The translations under genes and the position numbers were made by a program. Below, one piece after another: positions 13,201 to 26,689 of a stretch of 64,000 nucleotides of DNA (position 1 is its first letter; each line of letters opens with the position of its first letter). The DNA comes from Lama guanicoe (Eukaryota), in the NCBI GenBank assembly GCA_013239625.1, contig MU054187.1, positions 4,475,757-4,539,756 on the forward strand, in the 5' to 3' direction. The notes beneath the pieces were generated by a model. The model saw only the letters and a program-made list of their open reading frames with translations. It was not told the origin of the DNA and did no database searches.

Positions 13201-13989
13201 AAAGCGCAGGGACAAGCTAAAATAAAACCTTCACAGACGGATGGTTTTATTTCACACCAGCTCTGTGGTCTTCATACTGCCTGTCACCTGCTGCCTCTGC
13301 GCCTCGGCCCTGGGAAGCCGTGGACCAGGACCATAAAGCGCTCTGTCACTTGAAGGTCGTGGACGCATGGGCTGTAATTTCTGCAGTTCCGAGAAAATCA
13401 GAGATCACTTCCAACCTCATCTTTTGCATTGGAATCCGTTTAGAGGTTTAACGTTTACATTTGACGGCTGCCTCCTTCAGCGGTTGTGTTTAAAACACGG
13501 CACTTCAGACTCACAGCAATTTCATTTCACAACTTGATTTATTGGGGGGGGGGCTTGGTTTAATGATTTTGCTTTACATACACACACACACAAAGCATAA
13601 GAGAATCTGAACTCAAAGTCCTTACCTTCTACTACCCAAAGTACATTTCTTTCCCTGCTCTTTTTTTTTTTCATCAACACCTGTGGTTTTACTTTGTGGT
13701 TATTTTATTCCATGTGATAAACGGATAACAACCAAAATAAGGACCAAAATAATTATGATAGTCTGAAAAGCAACACTGTAAACATCCTAACATTGCGACG
13801 ATTCGACAGAGAATTTGGGAAACAGATATAATATGGAGGTGTTGATTAAATTTTCCTTCTAAGTTAAAGGTATTCATTTTAAAAGTTCACATAACCCTTA
13901 TTTATTTTTACATCAGGAGATCATCTTTTTGAAGAAAGCATTTCATACAAGTCAAAAAACGTTGAAATGAATTTTTTTAAACATACATT

Positions 13990-14100
13990 TTTAAAATTTT
14001 TATTGAAATAGACTCAGTTACAATGTGTCAGTTTCTGGGGTACAGCATAATGTTCCCGTCATACATATGCGTACATAAAACATTCATTCATTACATTCAT
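13990..14100 (-). mobile_element. Short LINE-1 3' end fragment
   Basis: ttttattgaaatagactcagttacaatgtgtcagtttctggggtacagcataatg, similar to 34150-34230. Confidence 0.65.
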
Positions 14101-14384
14101 AAAAACATATTTTTTGTCACTATGGCATCTTTTGGAAAATTTTGCTCTGTTATTACAGCTAAAGTATGATTCTGTCCTTCTCCCCAGCTTAGCCCAGTAG
14201 CAAGATTCAGCCGCAGACCTCTGATTAACTAGCTTTATTCAGAATGAAGACTAAGTCATGTATATGCTCTCCAAGAATTCCTTTGAGAATATCAGTGTTT
14301 TCCTCTCACCTTTTATAAAGATGAACTTGAGTTTTTCCCCACACGGCCTAGCAGAGACACCGCCTGATTTTTAATATTAACGAT

Positions 14385-14540
14385 ATTAATAACAATTAAC
14401 AGTAACGGTTACAGCAGTTGATGCTCACTGGGTGCCTGCTGTGCACTCTGCCCCCTTTTAAGCGTTTCCCTGGATTTTCTCCTCAAGCCTCACAACCTGG
14501 TGTGGATCCTTGCACCGTGGGGAGACAGATGTGCAAATCC
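14385..14540 (-). mobile_element. MIR SINE fragment
   Basis: cactgggtgcctgctgtg...tcctcaagcctcacaacc...gtggggagacaga resembles the reverse MIR core. Confidence 0.45.
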
Positions 14541-15639
14541 TGTCCCCATGGGACTGCTTTTTGCTTGGGTCTGTGACCGCAGGTCTCGCCAGGACTTGGT
14601 CCTCCTAGTAAATGTGCCCTTCGGTGAACCCTGGGGTCCCTGCGTTGGGCCAGAGCAGTGCCCCTCTAGCAGTGAATTCTGCAAGAACAAAGAGAAAGGC
14701 ATCTTCACACTCACCTCTCCCGCCAGAATTGCCTGTGAAGCAAAGCAGAATGGAGACATTACTTCCAGCAGCATCCCCAGCAAAGATGCCCTTGTTCTGG
14801 GATTTGTAATGGTCAATGTCAGGTCACAGAGCGTCCGCTACACCTGTTTCCGGTTGGGGTGTAAGTGTACCCCCTCATCCTTGCTTTCTGCTCGCTCCTT
14901 CTCGTGCCCCCTGGTCGCTTGTCAAGACTCAGTTGTCCAGCTGGTGTCGTGGAGCCCCTGTTGGGCAGTGTCCGCCCCTGTGCACCTCGTCTACTTGAAG
15001 GCTGTGGCAAACATCCAGCATCCCTCGGGACCCAGCGTCAGGACCGGATAAGCAGGTGTGCTGGAACTCCTCTGTGGGTGACTTTACCACCACCGGTCCC
15101 TGTGCCCCGTGTTGTCCACGCACTGGAGAAGAGGACAAATGGAAGGTCAGGCGGCTTCCCAGCACCAGCGCCGTCCTCTCCTCCCTGGTCGCTGGGTTTT
15201 AGAGAACGTGTGGAATGATCGCTCCCTGGGAAGCATCTGTTTCCATGGAAACACACTTACTAGTCTGTAAGCCCTTCCGGCTAGTTCCAGGAACATTAAC
15301 TCTCTACTAGTATTTAAAAAAAAAGTGTCTAAGGTTAGCATCTGGCGTTTGAATAGTTACGAGGGTTGAAAGAAAATTACAAATAGGCTCCTCTCATCTG
15401 AAAAGTAATTCATTTGATGTTAGTAGTCATGATCCTTCATATAAGCAGAATGACCCCCCCCAGGAGGCAGGTTCTCCTGCTGCCCACCCAGCCTTCCTTT
15501 TCTGTGTCTCCGCTTTGGGCTTGGCTTTAGATGCATCTGGGAGGCCCTAATTTTACTGAATCATTCTTTGCTATGTATGTGCTATTTGTGGTTTTTAAAT
15601 CTCAGCTTTCTTATAGAGCCACACCCACTGTCCCTACCC

Positions 15640-15764
15640 ATTGCATTATTTAATATCCACTGAAAGTTTTGGACTTACTGTTGCCATTTTATGAGTTGTT
15701 TTCTGGCTGTTTCGTAATTCCTTTGTTCCTCGCTCGTCTCCTCCTTTGTGATTTGATGATTTCC
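15640..15764 (-). mobile_element. Old LINE-1 internal fragment
   Basis: ggacttactgttgccatttt...ttgttttctggctgtt...cctttgtgatttgatgatttcc resembles antisense L1M sequence. Confidence 0.4.
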
Positions 15765-15850
15765 TTTTATTTTTTTTAAATGGAGGTACTGGGGAGGTAC
15801 AGGACCTCGTGCATGCTGAGCATGTGCTCTACCACTGAGCTATACCCTGC
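15765..15850 (-). mobile_element. tRNA-Ala-derived SINE (Vic-1-like), internally deleted
   Basis: T-tail, then atggaggtactgggga...caggacctcgtgcatgctgagcatgtgctctaccactgagctataccc. The B-box region is damaged. Confidence 0.85.
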
Positions 15851-18800
15851 CACACGAGTTACAGTTTTGACAAAAAATTTTAAAGGGTACAGAACCATAA
15901 TTTTTGCTATTGACTATTAAGTACATATGGCCCAGTTTCAGCATATTTGGGTCTTTGGTCCCTTGCAAAGCGAGGGACCATCTGTATAGAAGAGAGTCTA
16001 ACAGATCCTGTTGCCATTTGGATTTTCTGTTACTGAAAAATGTGTTCACACATCCGTTTAAATATTGCCAGTATTTTCAAGTATTTTTCTCGACTTTGAA
16101 AGGAAATTCATATAGTAATAAATGCCTTATTGATCATAGAACTTCACCGACTTTCTAGTATTTGTTACTTTTCAGAGAGTCCAGAAGTTAATATTCAAAG
16201 ACTTGGGTTTTTGTGGTGCTTTTGGTGAAATATTTTTATACAGTAAAAGTTTTTGTTTGTTTGTTTTCATTGTAAATGAAGGCCCCTCTGGTATGCTACG
16301 TAGGCAGACAGCCGAGTCGCTGGATTACACACGGCAGGTTTTACTGACAGTTTCCGAGTGATCACCAGATTTACCATCCGTGTCTGCTGTCCCTTGGGGG
16401 TGAGACACACACTCATGTTTGCTCATTTAAATCAGCAGGCTGTGAGGCTTCACTGTGAATTCTGTGGTGTGCAGGCAGAATGGTTTGATTATTAAACATC
16501 TAAAATGATTAAAACTGCCTGGCACCATCCAAGCTTATAAAAAATACCTGTAATTTAAAGCCTCCAGTGGTTTGGTTCTGAAAGATGCTAGAATGATGAG
16601 TAATCATGAGAGCCTCTGGGTTGTTTTAATGCCTCCAAGCCTGTGCCACGGTCTGTGTAAGAGAGGGGACCTTGGTGACAGTTTGGGAGGAGGTCCCCAG
16701 CGCCGCCACCAGCGAGCCCGCATCCGTGTGCCTCTCCCTGGGGGGCCTTGCGCGGACAACACATTGCGCTGCGTCACGCAGGGCGATGAAGGGCCTGGGG
16801 TGGGCAGGGTCTGTGCTTTAGAAGAGTGGTTTCATCACGTTCAGGGAGCCGAGCCGACTTAAACACAGCTCAGGGGAAACCCGAGAGCAGCAAGACTGAC
16901 TTTCTTCTCTGCCTTTTCTTTTCCAACTTTTTGCTAAAGTAACCTCCTTCGTGGTCACGTAGCACGGAAACTAGCTGATTTTGTTCTTCTGCGGATATGC
17001 CCTCTTTATGCACGGATCTCTATATAGGTTTCCACGTGGTTTCTTTAATCATGTTCATCAACTTTATAAAGAAAAAATAAAAATGTTTACCCCAAAATAT
17101 TTTTGCCTGAACCCGAGGCAAAGATTATCATGAGGAGGAGCTGTAAGAGGCTAGTGACAGGAAAGAAATGGGTCAGAAATGGTGGTTTTGAAGCTCCTTC
17201 GCTAATTCTCAGATTCTGGCTGTTTACTTGGTATCTTGGAACTGGCTGCTGTTTCTCGTCGGTCTCCTGGCCAGCAGTGTCCCCTGCTTGGGGACGGGGG
17301 ACCCCCAAGCCCAGCCGCCAGGAGGCCTCCATCTCCAGCTCCGGCCATCCTCACCCGCCCCCATCGGCAGGGATTCCCACCCTCCCTGGGCTGGCTTTCA
17401 GTGGGGTGCGACTTGACTCAGACGCTTCCAGAATTCTGCCCAGGATGCCTGCCCCTCCTCCCACTTTGTCGCGCTGTGAACCGCAGTGAAAATCCTGAGG
17501 ACTGCGTCCCCGCCCTCCCCAGGAACTTGGTTAGTCTTCACCTGGTTCCGGAAGCAGCTTGTTTCTCCCACCTCCCACTCACTGGTGCCTGTTACTGCCG
17601 AGGCTCTAGACCTGCGGGGTCTCCGCCACCAGGGGCTCTGCTTAACCCTCCTGCAGGCGCTGCTGGAGGCGCCGGCGACCGCCTTGCCCGGGAGGGCGCC
17701 AGTGAAGGGAGGCGCTGGATTGCAGCCTGCGCTCTTTCACAGCACGTCACACCTCTCAGGATCACTGTCTGGCTGCTTCGTTCTTATCTTCCCCACGAGG
17801 CTGTGAAGCCCTCCTGTCCTACCTGTTTATCATCACTTCTGCCTCCGCCCTGAACATCCAGCGCCCAGTTGGACCAGAGCCCTTGTTCTGTAAATAACAG
17901 TGTATCCGAGGACCGGATGAGGGATTGAATGGAAGTTTGAATCAGTTCCCAAGGGGCTACACAGTAAGACCTGAATCAGCAAGAGAGTCTGAACTCCAGT
18001 TTTACAAAATTAACATAATATGTGCAGGGATAATTTTCTGCTCTTCAAACTCTGGCCGTGGTGAGAGTTTTTGTAAACAGAACTCTTAAGACCCCAGGAC
18101 TAAATCCACTCGCTGGTCTCAGACAAAGGCGCAGTAGCTGTTTCTGTTAAGGGCGCTGAGAAATGACGGTTTTGTCTTCTGCGGTACTGAGCCTGGGGGG
18201 CACCCCTGCCGGTTCCTGGGCTGGAGGTACCTGAGGGCAGCGTGGGGAGCGGGGCTGGTCCGGGTCTGGAGAGGCTGTCACTCCTGCCCAGCTGTGTGCC
18301 CCACCGCCGTGGCCGGAGGGCAGGCGGGAGAACGAGGTCGGAGATCCCGGGCAGCGGCCGGTGCTCGGACCCTGGCAGGGAGGCCAGGCGTTCCCACTGG
18401 CATCAGAGAAGCAGGCGGTTGTGGGAGTGCCGCAGTGGCCGTCGGAGCCAGTGCGGCCCCGCTGGCCCTTGGACTTGCAACACCCTCCCTTGATGGTTGA
18501 CCCTGAGACCACATTACACCCCCCTGCCCTCCAGTCATTAAGCTGCCCTTCCGTGCAGCTAATTTATTATGGGAGTGAGTCAGGCCTGGAAGAAACAGTC
18601 TGCTGGAACTTACTCAGTTTACTTACTCAAAGGCTGTCCGTGGCCTGGAGTCAGGGCCAAATGGACAGTTCAGAGCATCGTGCCTTCTCTGTTTCTTCTG
18701 ATGATTCTGCTCTTCTGTTACCGTCAACTAAACAGCACAAGGGAACAGAATTCCCTGAGGGCCTGAGACATGAGACGCCCTGGAGGTCAGACGCTTCCAT

Positions 18801-19889
18801 CTAACAGAAGTCCTTGTGATGAGGGGGCGAGCAGGAATTCAACTCCTAAGACCCATTTTTCACTATTTAGAATTATTTATTCAAGAACCCTTTCAATGCA
18901 CGTGGTTATTGCATCATACTTACTTGTTTAGAGGAGGAAACGTAATTATTAGTCTAATTTGCTCCAAACCACAAAGTGCCACTAAATGCTATGATTAGAA
19001 AAAGGAAAAAGAAATTTATGTTTATTTGTTTATGTTTATTTATGACATAATTATGTGCTTTAGTTTGTAGAGGACAAAAAGGAAAGGGACTGGTTAAGAC
19101 AATTAAAATTTAAGTTTCTTCATTGGGGAACCCATGATTTATGAATGATCATAGTTGGAAATGTTACACTGATTTATGTAAAAGGAAAATCTAATTTAGC
19201 TGTAAGTAAAAGTAACAGTATTTCAAGTATATTTTACCTGGAAGCATTATTTTTCTTATCATTTCTTTCTTTAGCATAAACCAGAGCCCCTGACCAAGGA
19301 TTCTTTTGATTCTGAAAAAAATTACATGAAATCTTGATTTGGACTGTGTTATTGGCCAAGTATTAAACTTCCTTTATTATTTCAAATGCAAACCAACAGG
19401 GGGAAGAAAATCAGATTAAAACAACTGCAACTTTTTTTTTCAGTTTTTGAGAAAATTCCCACAGAAAGTCAATTATAGATTAAGCATTTGAGTGTGTCAC
19501 TTGAACAATACTGTAAAGTTGTGCCAAACCCTTTAAGGAGGGACACAGGAGGGGAGACCCCAATGGTGACTGGTCCTCAAATAAAAGGTTATTCTTTAAA
19601 TTGCTATAAAAGATGCTATAGGAAAATAGACTCCAAACTGTAATAGGCCAAGTATAGCATCTTCTTCTAAGCATTATTTTGGAGCTTTACTTTTCTGAAG
19701 ATGGCTTTATTTCTAATACTCTAAATAAAACGGACATGATTAGATATTGTCCCTTGATTATAGCAATTCATAAATTTTATGTTAGGAAAAATATTGGACT
19801 TCTGAATAATTTCTATACAAATAATTGTATGTTTTGTTTTTATTTACAATTCTCTGTATCTCTTTTTGCCAACAGAAAGCAACATACTA

Positions 19890-20462
19890 TTTTTTTTTAT
19901 TGAAGTAAAATTTGATGAAGTTGATTTACAATGTCATGTTACTTTCAGGTGTACAGCAAGGTGATTCAGTTATACATACATATATATATTCTTTTTGAGA
20001 TTCTTTTCCATTATAGGTTATTACAAGACACTGAATATAATTCTCTGTGCTGGACAGTAGGTCCTCGTTGTTTATCTGTTTCATATATAGTAGTGTGTAA
20101 ATGTTAATCCCAAACTCCTAATGTATCCCCTCCCCTGCCTTTTCTCTTCAGTAACCATAGTTTGTTCTCTATGTCTGTAAGTCTGCTTCTGGTTTGTAAA
20201 TAAGTTCATTTGTATCATTTTCTTTTAGATATCACATATAAGTGATATCATATGATATTTGTCTTTCTCTGTCTTACTTCACTTAATATGATAATCTTTA
20301 GGTCCATCCATGTTGCTGCAGGTGGCATTATTTCATTTCTTTTTATGGCTGAGTAGTATTCCATGGTGTGTATATGTACACACACACACCCTGACCCACA
20401 TCTTCCTTATCCATTCATCTGTCATTAGATATTTAGGTTACTTCCACGTCTTGGCTATTGTA
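19890..20462 (-). mobile_element. 5'-truncated LINE-1 3' end
   Basis: Colinear with 94-615 and extends to ttccacgtcttggctattgtaaa. Degenerate TSD aaagcaacatacta / aaagcaatattcta. Confidence 0.9.
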
Positions 20463-21368
20463 AACAGAAAAAGCAATATTCTAAATGTACACGTTCATTT
20501 TTGTGCCAGACACAGCCCTCATCTACCTGTAAATTTAAAAAATAATTCTGCACTCAGAAAATGGCGCTCTCAATATGATGCCGTGAAATATACTCGTCAC
20601 ACCTAAACTGTCCCTTCAGTGCCTCATTTCTGGCTTATATTTAATATGAATTTTTAAACTCTGAACCCAAGTAGATTAGAAGCAGGACTTGTGAAGAGGC
20701 TGGAGACTTCTGGACACAAGAATAATGACGAGACAATTAGTAACTCACGGCCTGGCTCCCTGGGGAACCCAGACATCTGAGAAAGCGGACGTCTACAGAC
20801 AGTGTTTACATGTTCTGTCATCATGTGATAGCCATGAACTATCAACAAACAGGGAAAGAAGTATACAATCTACTTTTAAAAGATCTCATCCCAAATGCTT
20901 GTTTAAACAGTTTTGACCCTTAAATAAACGTGGTGAGTGAGTGAGAGGGCTTCCCTCTTCTGTGTCCCCCCAGGTGTGCACAGGGCCTTCACTCCCTGAC
21001 AACCGGAACTAATTAAGCAACAGACACCACGCCTCTCGGCCAGTCTCTGAGGCCGGGGCTGCCCCCAGCCTTGCGCTTGGCGCTTTCTGTGTCTTATTTA
21101 ACTGAGAGACAAATTCACCCACAGATGTCCAGATGGCCACAGTTCGGATTAGTTACACGTACAGCAAAAGGCCGTTGGTAAAAAATAGAACTCTGTTTTG
21201 GATTGTTTTTAGTACAGTTTAAAATCAGAACAATATTAAAGTTTAAAGTTAGTATCTTCACATCCGTAGCTTACTGAGTAGTTTTAACAAGTGAGTTCTT
21301 AACTCATTTTTGCCTGAAAAATTGTGAATATCACCATATATAAGCTAGGCTTCCAAAGTCTGAATGTT

Positions 21369-21456
21369 GGGGGAAGGGCATAGCTCAGTGGTAGAGCGCC
21401 TGCTTAGCATGCATGAGGTCCTGGGTTCAATCCCCAGTACCGCCAATAAAAAACGA
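21369..21456 (+). mobile_element. tRNA-Ala(AGC)-derived SINE (Vic-1-like)
   Basis: tagctcagtggtagagcgcctgcttAGCatgcatgaggtcctgggttcaatccccagtacc with intact A and B boxes, an extra 5' G run and an A tail. The acceptor stem does not pair. Confidence 0.9.
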
Positions 21457-22839
21457 GAGATTTTTAAAAAAGAACTTTCTAGAAAACAAAAGGAAACAAG
21501 CTCTGAGTGTCACTCTCTGTCCTTGAGCGCTTGTTTGTATCACTAGTAACGACCCCCACGCATCCTGCAGCCAAACCTCACCTGTGGGACTTCGCTTTGT
21601 GTGGAGCAGGGTGGCGCTGAGAGCCCGCTGGCCTGGTCCCTGGGGTCCTGCTGGGTGTGCGGCCCACCTCGTCGTTACACTGCTCAGGCCTGATCAAGCC
21701 CCTTTCTGGGTGAGTCCTAAGTCCCATTAAACCCGGAAACAATTTCCAGAAATGTGTTCCCAAGAGCACTCCCGTGGGAAATACCATCTGGCTTTGTGGC
21801 TTTACGGGGTCTTTTAAAAAGTTTCCTGCAAAAGAAGGAAGCAAATCTGTGCTGGAGTGATTCGTTAGTGAAACAGGCTCTTCTGGGTCTGGGTCTTTGA
21901 TGGCACCTCGTAGGTGTCCGGGTCCACAGTTGTTTGGACTTGTCTCGGCTAAAATTCCACAAGCCAAGGGAGAAGGTCAGTGTCAGAGCAGAGTGTAAGT
22001 GACTTGTCCCGCAGTTATTAAAAGGCTGATGCTCACTCCTAGCCCTTTGTCCCTTCATTTTGGTATTTTCTGTGTTTTAAAGTAACTCACATCCTGCCCT
22101 CCTGTTAATGTTATCTACAAACTTAGTAAGTTTGCTCTCGCTTGGCCTCTGGGTCTTTAGTGAACTAGCCCTGTCCCTTAAGAAGGAAAGGTCTCACTGA
22201 TAGCTCAAAGGCTGATATTTGTACAAGGCGACACTGTTTTCCCAGATTAACAAAATGATGGGAGGTGGAATCAGAAGTCGTGAGAGAGTGTGTCTGTGAC
22301 TGGTCGCCTTTCCACGCCAAGGGAAGTGTTCATCTAAAAGGATTATCCCATAGTTGCTGTTCCTAAAGTCAAATAGGTTTATATTTGACCGTTATTTATC
22401 CTGATAATGAGACAAGAATAAATGACATATTTCCAGGAATTCTCAGAACTTCCTTTGAAAGCTGTGATTATGCGTAGCACTCCGGAAGAGATGCTGGCAC
22501 CCTGTCCATGTGAGCTCTCCCAGCGCCGCGGCCCCCCTCAGCACGGCCAGCCGCACGCTGGCCTCCGGGGCGTACGTGCTTGACCAGGAGAGTCCACGTT
22601 CGTCTCTCTTGAACCCCAGGTGTGGGACGCCAGGCCTCTCCTCCTAGACCCGCGCACCGCAGGGGCTTTCCTTGCCTAGTTCCATGGACGGGTCGGGCTT
22701 TTGGTGCGCTGACAGGCACTGGGGCGAGAGACACAGCCACAGGCGAGGCAGCCCGGGGTCAACAGGGTTAGCAGTCAGTGGGAGTCACGCACTGCTGTGA
22801 ACACCCGACATGCGTTAATTTACTTCCTCCTGATTTAAT

Positions 22840-22950
22840 GTCCATCGGAGCTGGGTGATACCCCCTTTTACAGACGAGGAGACTGAGACACAGGGAGCTT
22901 AAGCCTCTCGCTGAAGGACATTTCGCCAGTCAGGTATTGGCAATGTCCAG
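22840..22950 (-). mobile_element. MIR SINE fragment
   Basis: cccccttttacagacgaggagactgagacacagggagcttaag matches the reverse MIR core. Confidence 0.7.
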
Positions 22951-23544
22951 GCCCAGCAGGCGCCTCTCCGGGCGTCGCACCGCACTGCCGTCCGATGAAA
23001 GGCAGCAGGAGAGGCGGTCCTCATCGGCGTCAGACTTCTGCAGTGCTCTGCGATCACCCGTGTGTCGCTATTGGAAAGTTTGTTGTTGTTGCTTTAATGT
23101 GTAGTTGCATCACCGTAGATTCTGGGGAAATTTATCTTTTTCAGAATCGGTGACTCATCTTGACCGGCACTGTTTTCTGAAATATTCCACGGCTCACCTG
23201 CTGGTGTCCACCCCCAAGCCCCACCCTACCCAGTTTCTAAAAAGACGACTTTCCGGGCTCATTTCCCATTTCCTTTAGAACTACGGAAAGGAATTCCTCT
23301 GCACGTCCTTGTAATGTTCTGCATGTGATGTTAGCAGAAGCAGAACAGCACAGTGATTGTGACCTGGGCTGTGGAAGTCAGGCCTGGACTGGAATCCTGC
23401 TTTGGCCACGTGGCAGCCTGTGGAAAACTCACTCACTCGGGCATTGGGTATTTGTAGCCTCGAGTCTGGGCTCTGGAGATGCAGAGCACAAGCAGACGAA
23501 GGCTGCTCTGATGGAACTTCATACTCATATAGGAGACAAACAGT

Positions 23545-23700
23545 AAATCCAGAAAGACACAACAATCCTGCTGGACCCACCTTTAATGTGTATCCAGAAC
23601 ATGACCAGTTCTCCCCACCCCACTACTGTCACTGAGCTCAGACCCTGGGATCATTGCGATGGCCGGTTAACTGGCCCCTGCAACCTGTTCTCAGCAGAGC
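23545..23700 (+). mobile_element. LINE-2 fragment
   Basis: atcctgctggacccacctttaatgtgtatccagaacatgaccagttctccccacc is L2-like. Confidence 0.5.
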
Positions 23701-24959
23701 ATCCTTCCAGAGGTGCCTGTTGTGCGTGGAGAGAGTCGTGGTCCTGTGGTGGCTCCCTGTGCCCACCTGGTGATGCCTTCAGCTCTCCCACCTCCTTCAT
23801 CCCACACCAGCCACGCAGGTGCCTCTGTGCTGGTCCTCCCATAGCACCCCTGTGATCACACCCTCCCCCCCCCGTACAGCTTTGCTGAGATGTCCCCTTT
23901 TCAGTGCGGCCCTCCCTGTCCGACATGTCAAATCTTGCCTTGATGTAGGAGGAGCCGACTTAGCCATTGAACAGGCGATTGTGCCAGCCCTAAAATCCAG
24001 ACCAGAAATGGGTCTTTATACTCCAGGAGTTCTGTGGCCCGTCCCTGGAGTAAATCAGCCTGTTTCCAAGGTCTGGAAGTCCTCCTCCTCACAGAATGAT
24101 GTTTGGATGTGTCATGACAGGTAACGTAGAGATAGTAAATGAATGATGATTCAGCCTCTCGGGAAGAGGTACGGAAGAGACAAGCCCATGACCTTATTCT
24201 TGTCCAGAGTGTATTCCATTTCAGGCTAGTGATTCTGGATTCCAGAGGCTGGAGGATGTAATGAACTGTAGAGCATCCAGAATGGTTGGTTAATTCAAAA
24301 CCATTTCAGGCTTCTCCTTAATGTGATGCACACGGCCCTGGGGGGCTGCCTCTGGGGTCCAGAGCCTAGCGGTTCCCTCAGGACCTAAAGAAAAGCCAAC
24401 GAGAAGGCCAGGAAGCGGGTGTCTTGGGACCCCACGGGCTGGCTGAAAGCCAGGCACCTCTTTTGTGTTTATTTTATGGCCTTTTTGTGCAGCTCTGTGC
24501 AGTATCCTTTAAGCAGGAAAAATAAAATTGGATAAAATCAATAGTAGGCAAACCAATTAGGAAATCTAAGTGAAGAGGTTTCTCTGAGTCTAACAAAGCA
24601 GGAGGCACGCCAGCTCCGTGGAAGGGATTCCGTGCTGGGCTTTCCTGGCGGCCGGAGGACACAGATTTGGGAACAAAGAGCGGTTTATTCAAGTCCACTC
24701 CCCCGAGGGACAACCCCTGCACCAACGTTCAGGAAGAGTTACAAAGGGGAAAGGTGCAGGGGCCTCGGTCTGACATCTAAGCACAGAGAAAGCGACTGCA
24801 GAAAGCGGGGGTGGCAGGTCTGGGGGCGTCCTTCACCTCTCAGCACCTCGAGTTCTGCACTAGGCGGATGTGCCTGTGGTGTCGGATTTCCCCGTTCAAG
24901 TTCTAGCCCCACTTTTTCTGGCTCAGGTGGAGTGAGGGTTTTCTTAGGCAAATGATCGA

Positions 24960-25115
24960 ACATCTCAACATCTTGGGGCCTCAGTTTCTTCATTCATAAA
25001 ATGAAAGATCATAACAGCTCCTACCTAATTGAGTCATTGTTGGATTTGATGTAATATTTACAAAATATTAATTTGTGAAGCCCCTTGCAACAGTTCTGGT
25101 GCACAGTAAGCACCA
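24960..25115 (+). mobile_element. MIR SINE fragment
   Basis: ggcctcagtttcttcattcataaaatgaaagatcataacagctcctacct...ctggtgcacagtaagcac. Confidence 0.75.
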
Positions 25116-26689
25116 TCCAGGAGTTACTTCTCTAATCATAGCTGTCATGTAGTTTGTGCCTAATGAATGCGTATATGCATAAACGGCATCTCTTTACAAC
25201 CGGAAGGCATTTTTGCAGCTTCCTTATTTAATCTGCATTGAACTTGATAGGGACTCAGGTTCCCTCTTTCATTAGAAAATAAAAAAGGATTAAATACAGG
25301 ACAGCATTTTTAAAAATTAATTCAAAAAGCATCTATCTTTATAAATACACAATATTGGGAAATCTCTTGTCCTCCAAAAAGTGAGTATGAGAAAGATTCT
25401 AGAGTAAGATCGTTAGACATGAAAAAGATATACCCTGTGTGCACAGATGTCATTAACTTTAAGTTTTTTAAGTTTACGCAGTTCTCATACACCTCCTTAC
25501 TGATAATAACGCCATTTCCCTAACCCTCAGGGACTTAATTTGACCTGTTCCTTTTCTCTTCCCTCCTCTCTGCCCTGACCTTATTCTGTGACATCCCTTC
25601 CATACCTTGGATGAATGAGTTCATTCTGTCTTGGAAACGCCCATCCCACTAGTCGGGGCCGGCCAGGGTGATAAACCAAGAAGCAAGCATCAGTCTCTGG
25701 AGACTCGCTGACACTGAGAAGGGAAACATCTCGGGGCGTTCAGAATTCAGACACGCTTCCCATCCCGCAACTGGCCACCTTGTTTTGCGGGACCAAATGG
25801 CAGCTTCAGGGCACTGCACCAGAAGGTTCCCGATGGGCTAGTTCAGGTGGAGAGCTTGGTGGCAAATGATTACTTCTGAGCCAGGGCTGTCCGTGGAGGG
25901 GGCGTGGCCGTGGTATGAGGTGCAGAGAAGCTTCCAGAGAGGCCTCACTGAGGAGAGTTTTGACTCAGCACAACTCTGATTTTCAGTTCCAAATCAGCAG
26001 GCTTTGCAACAGCTCCGGCTATGAACATCTTCCTGGCCCCTTTGGTGACAAACTCCAGAAATTCTCTCTTGAACCTGAAAAATGTGGTTTGAAAAGTACC
26101 TTTTTTTTTTCCACAGCTGTACCTGAAGATGTTAGTTTGATGCAGCCTGGGGAAGCTGTTTCCCTTTTACTATTCTAAAACAAGCAACGATAATAGTGAT
26201 GATACACTTAAAAAAAAAACCCACTCAACCATATTTGTGCTTCTAAGCTTTAGTCTCCTCTCTCGATTCTCATTTTAACATTGCCTACAGACGTTATTCT
26301 TATGTATTACCTTAAACGTTCAGGATTGATATTATTCATGAGTTTTCTGAACAAGGGGGATAATAGTATCCTCTGGGCGCCAAACACTCCGAGGGGTGCC
26401 CACCCATGTGCCTGCTGACTCAGGACGGCAGGACTCAACCCAGAATGGCGGAGAACCGGATGGGGGCCAGGCAGCATCACTCAACAGCTGGCACCTGCTC
26501 TCCTTTCTCTTAAGATTTGTCTTCATTGGAGTTTGAGGGGGAAACGCGGGGTGTGCATTGCTCATTGTGATAGAGGGTCAGACTCTCCAAATAACTGGCT
26601 TCTCCTCGGCGAGGTTTGGGGAAACTTGGTTGAAATCAAGCCTTTAACTCTTCTTGTGGGACCTTGCAGCCTTGCGACCGTTGCCATAG

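Noticed and set aside
17236..18804. Stack of 100-205 aa ORFs in GC-rich patches
   Set aside because: Overlapping ORFs in several frames reflect stop-codon scarcity in GC-rich DNA. No coherent exon structure or homology.
21374..21445. Apparent tRNA-Ala(AGC) gene
   Set aside because: The acceptor stem aagggca/taccgcc cannot pair. It has a 5' G extension, an A tail and three similar dispersed copies, so it is a SINE.
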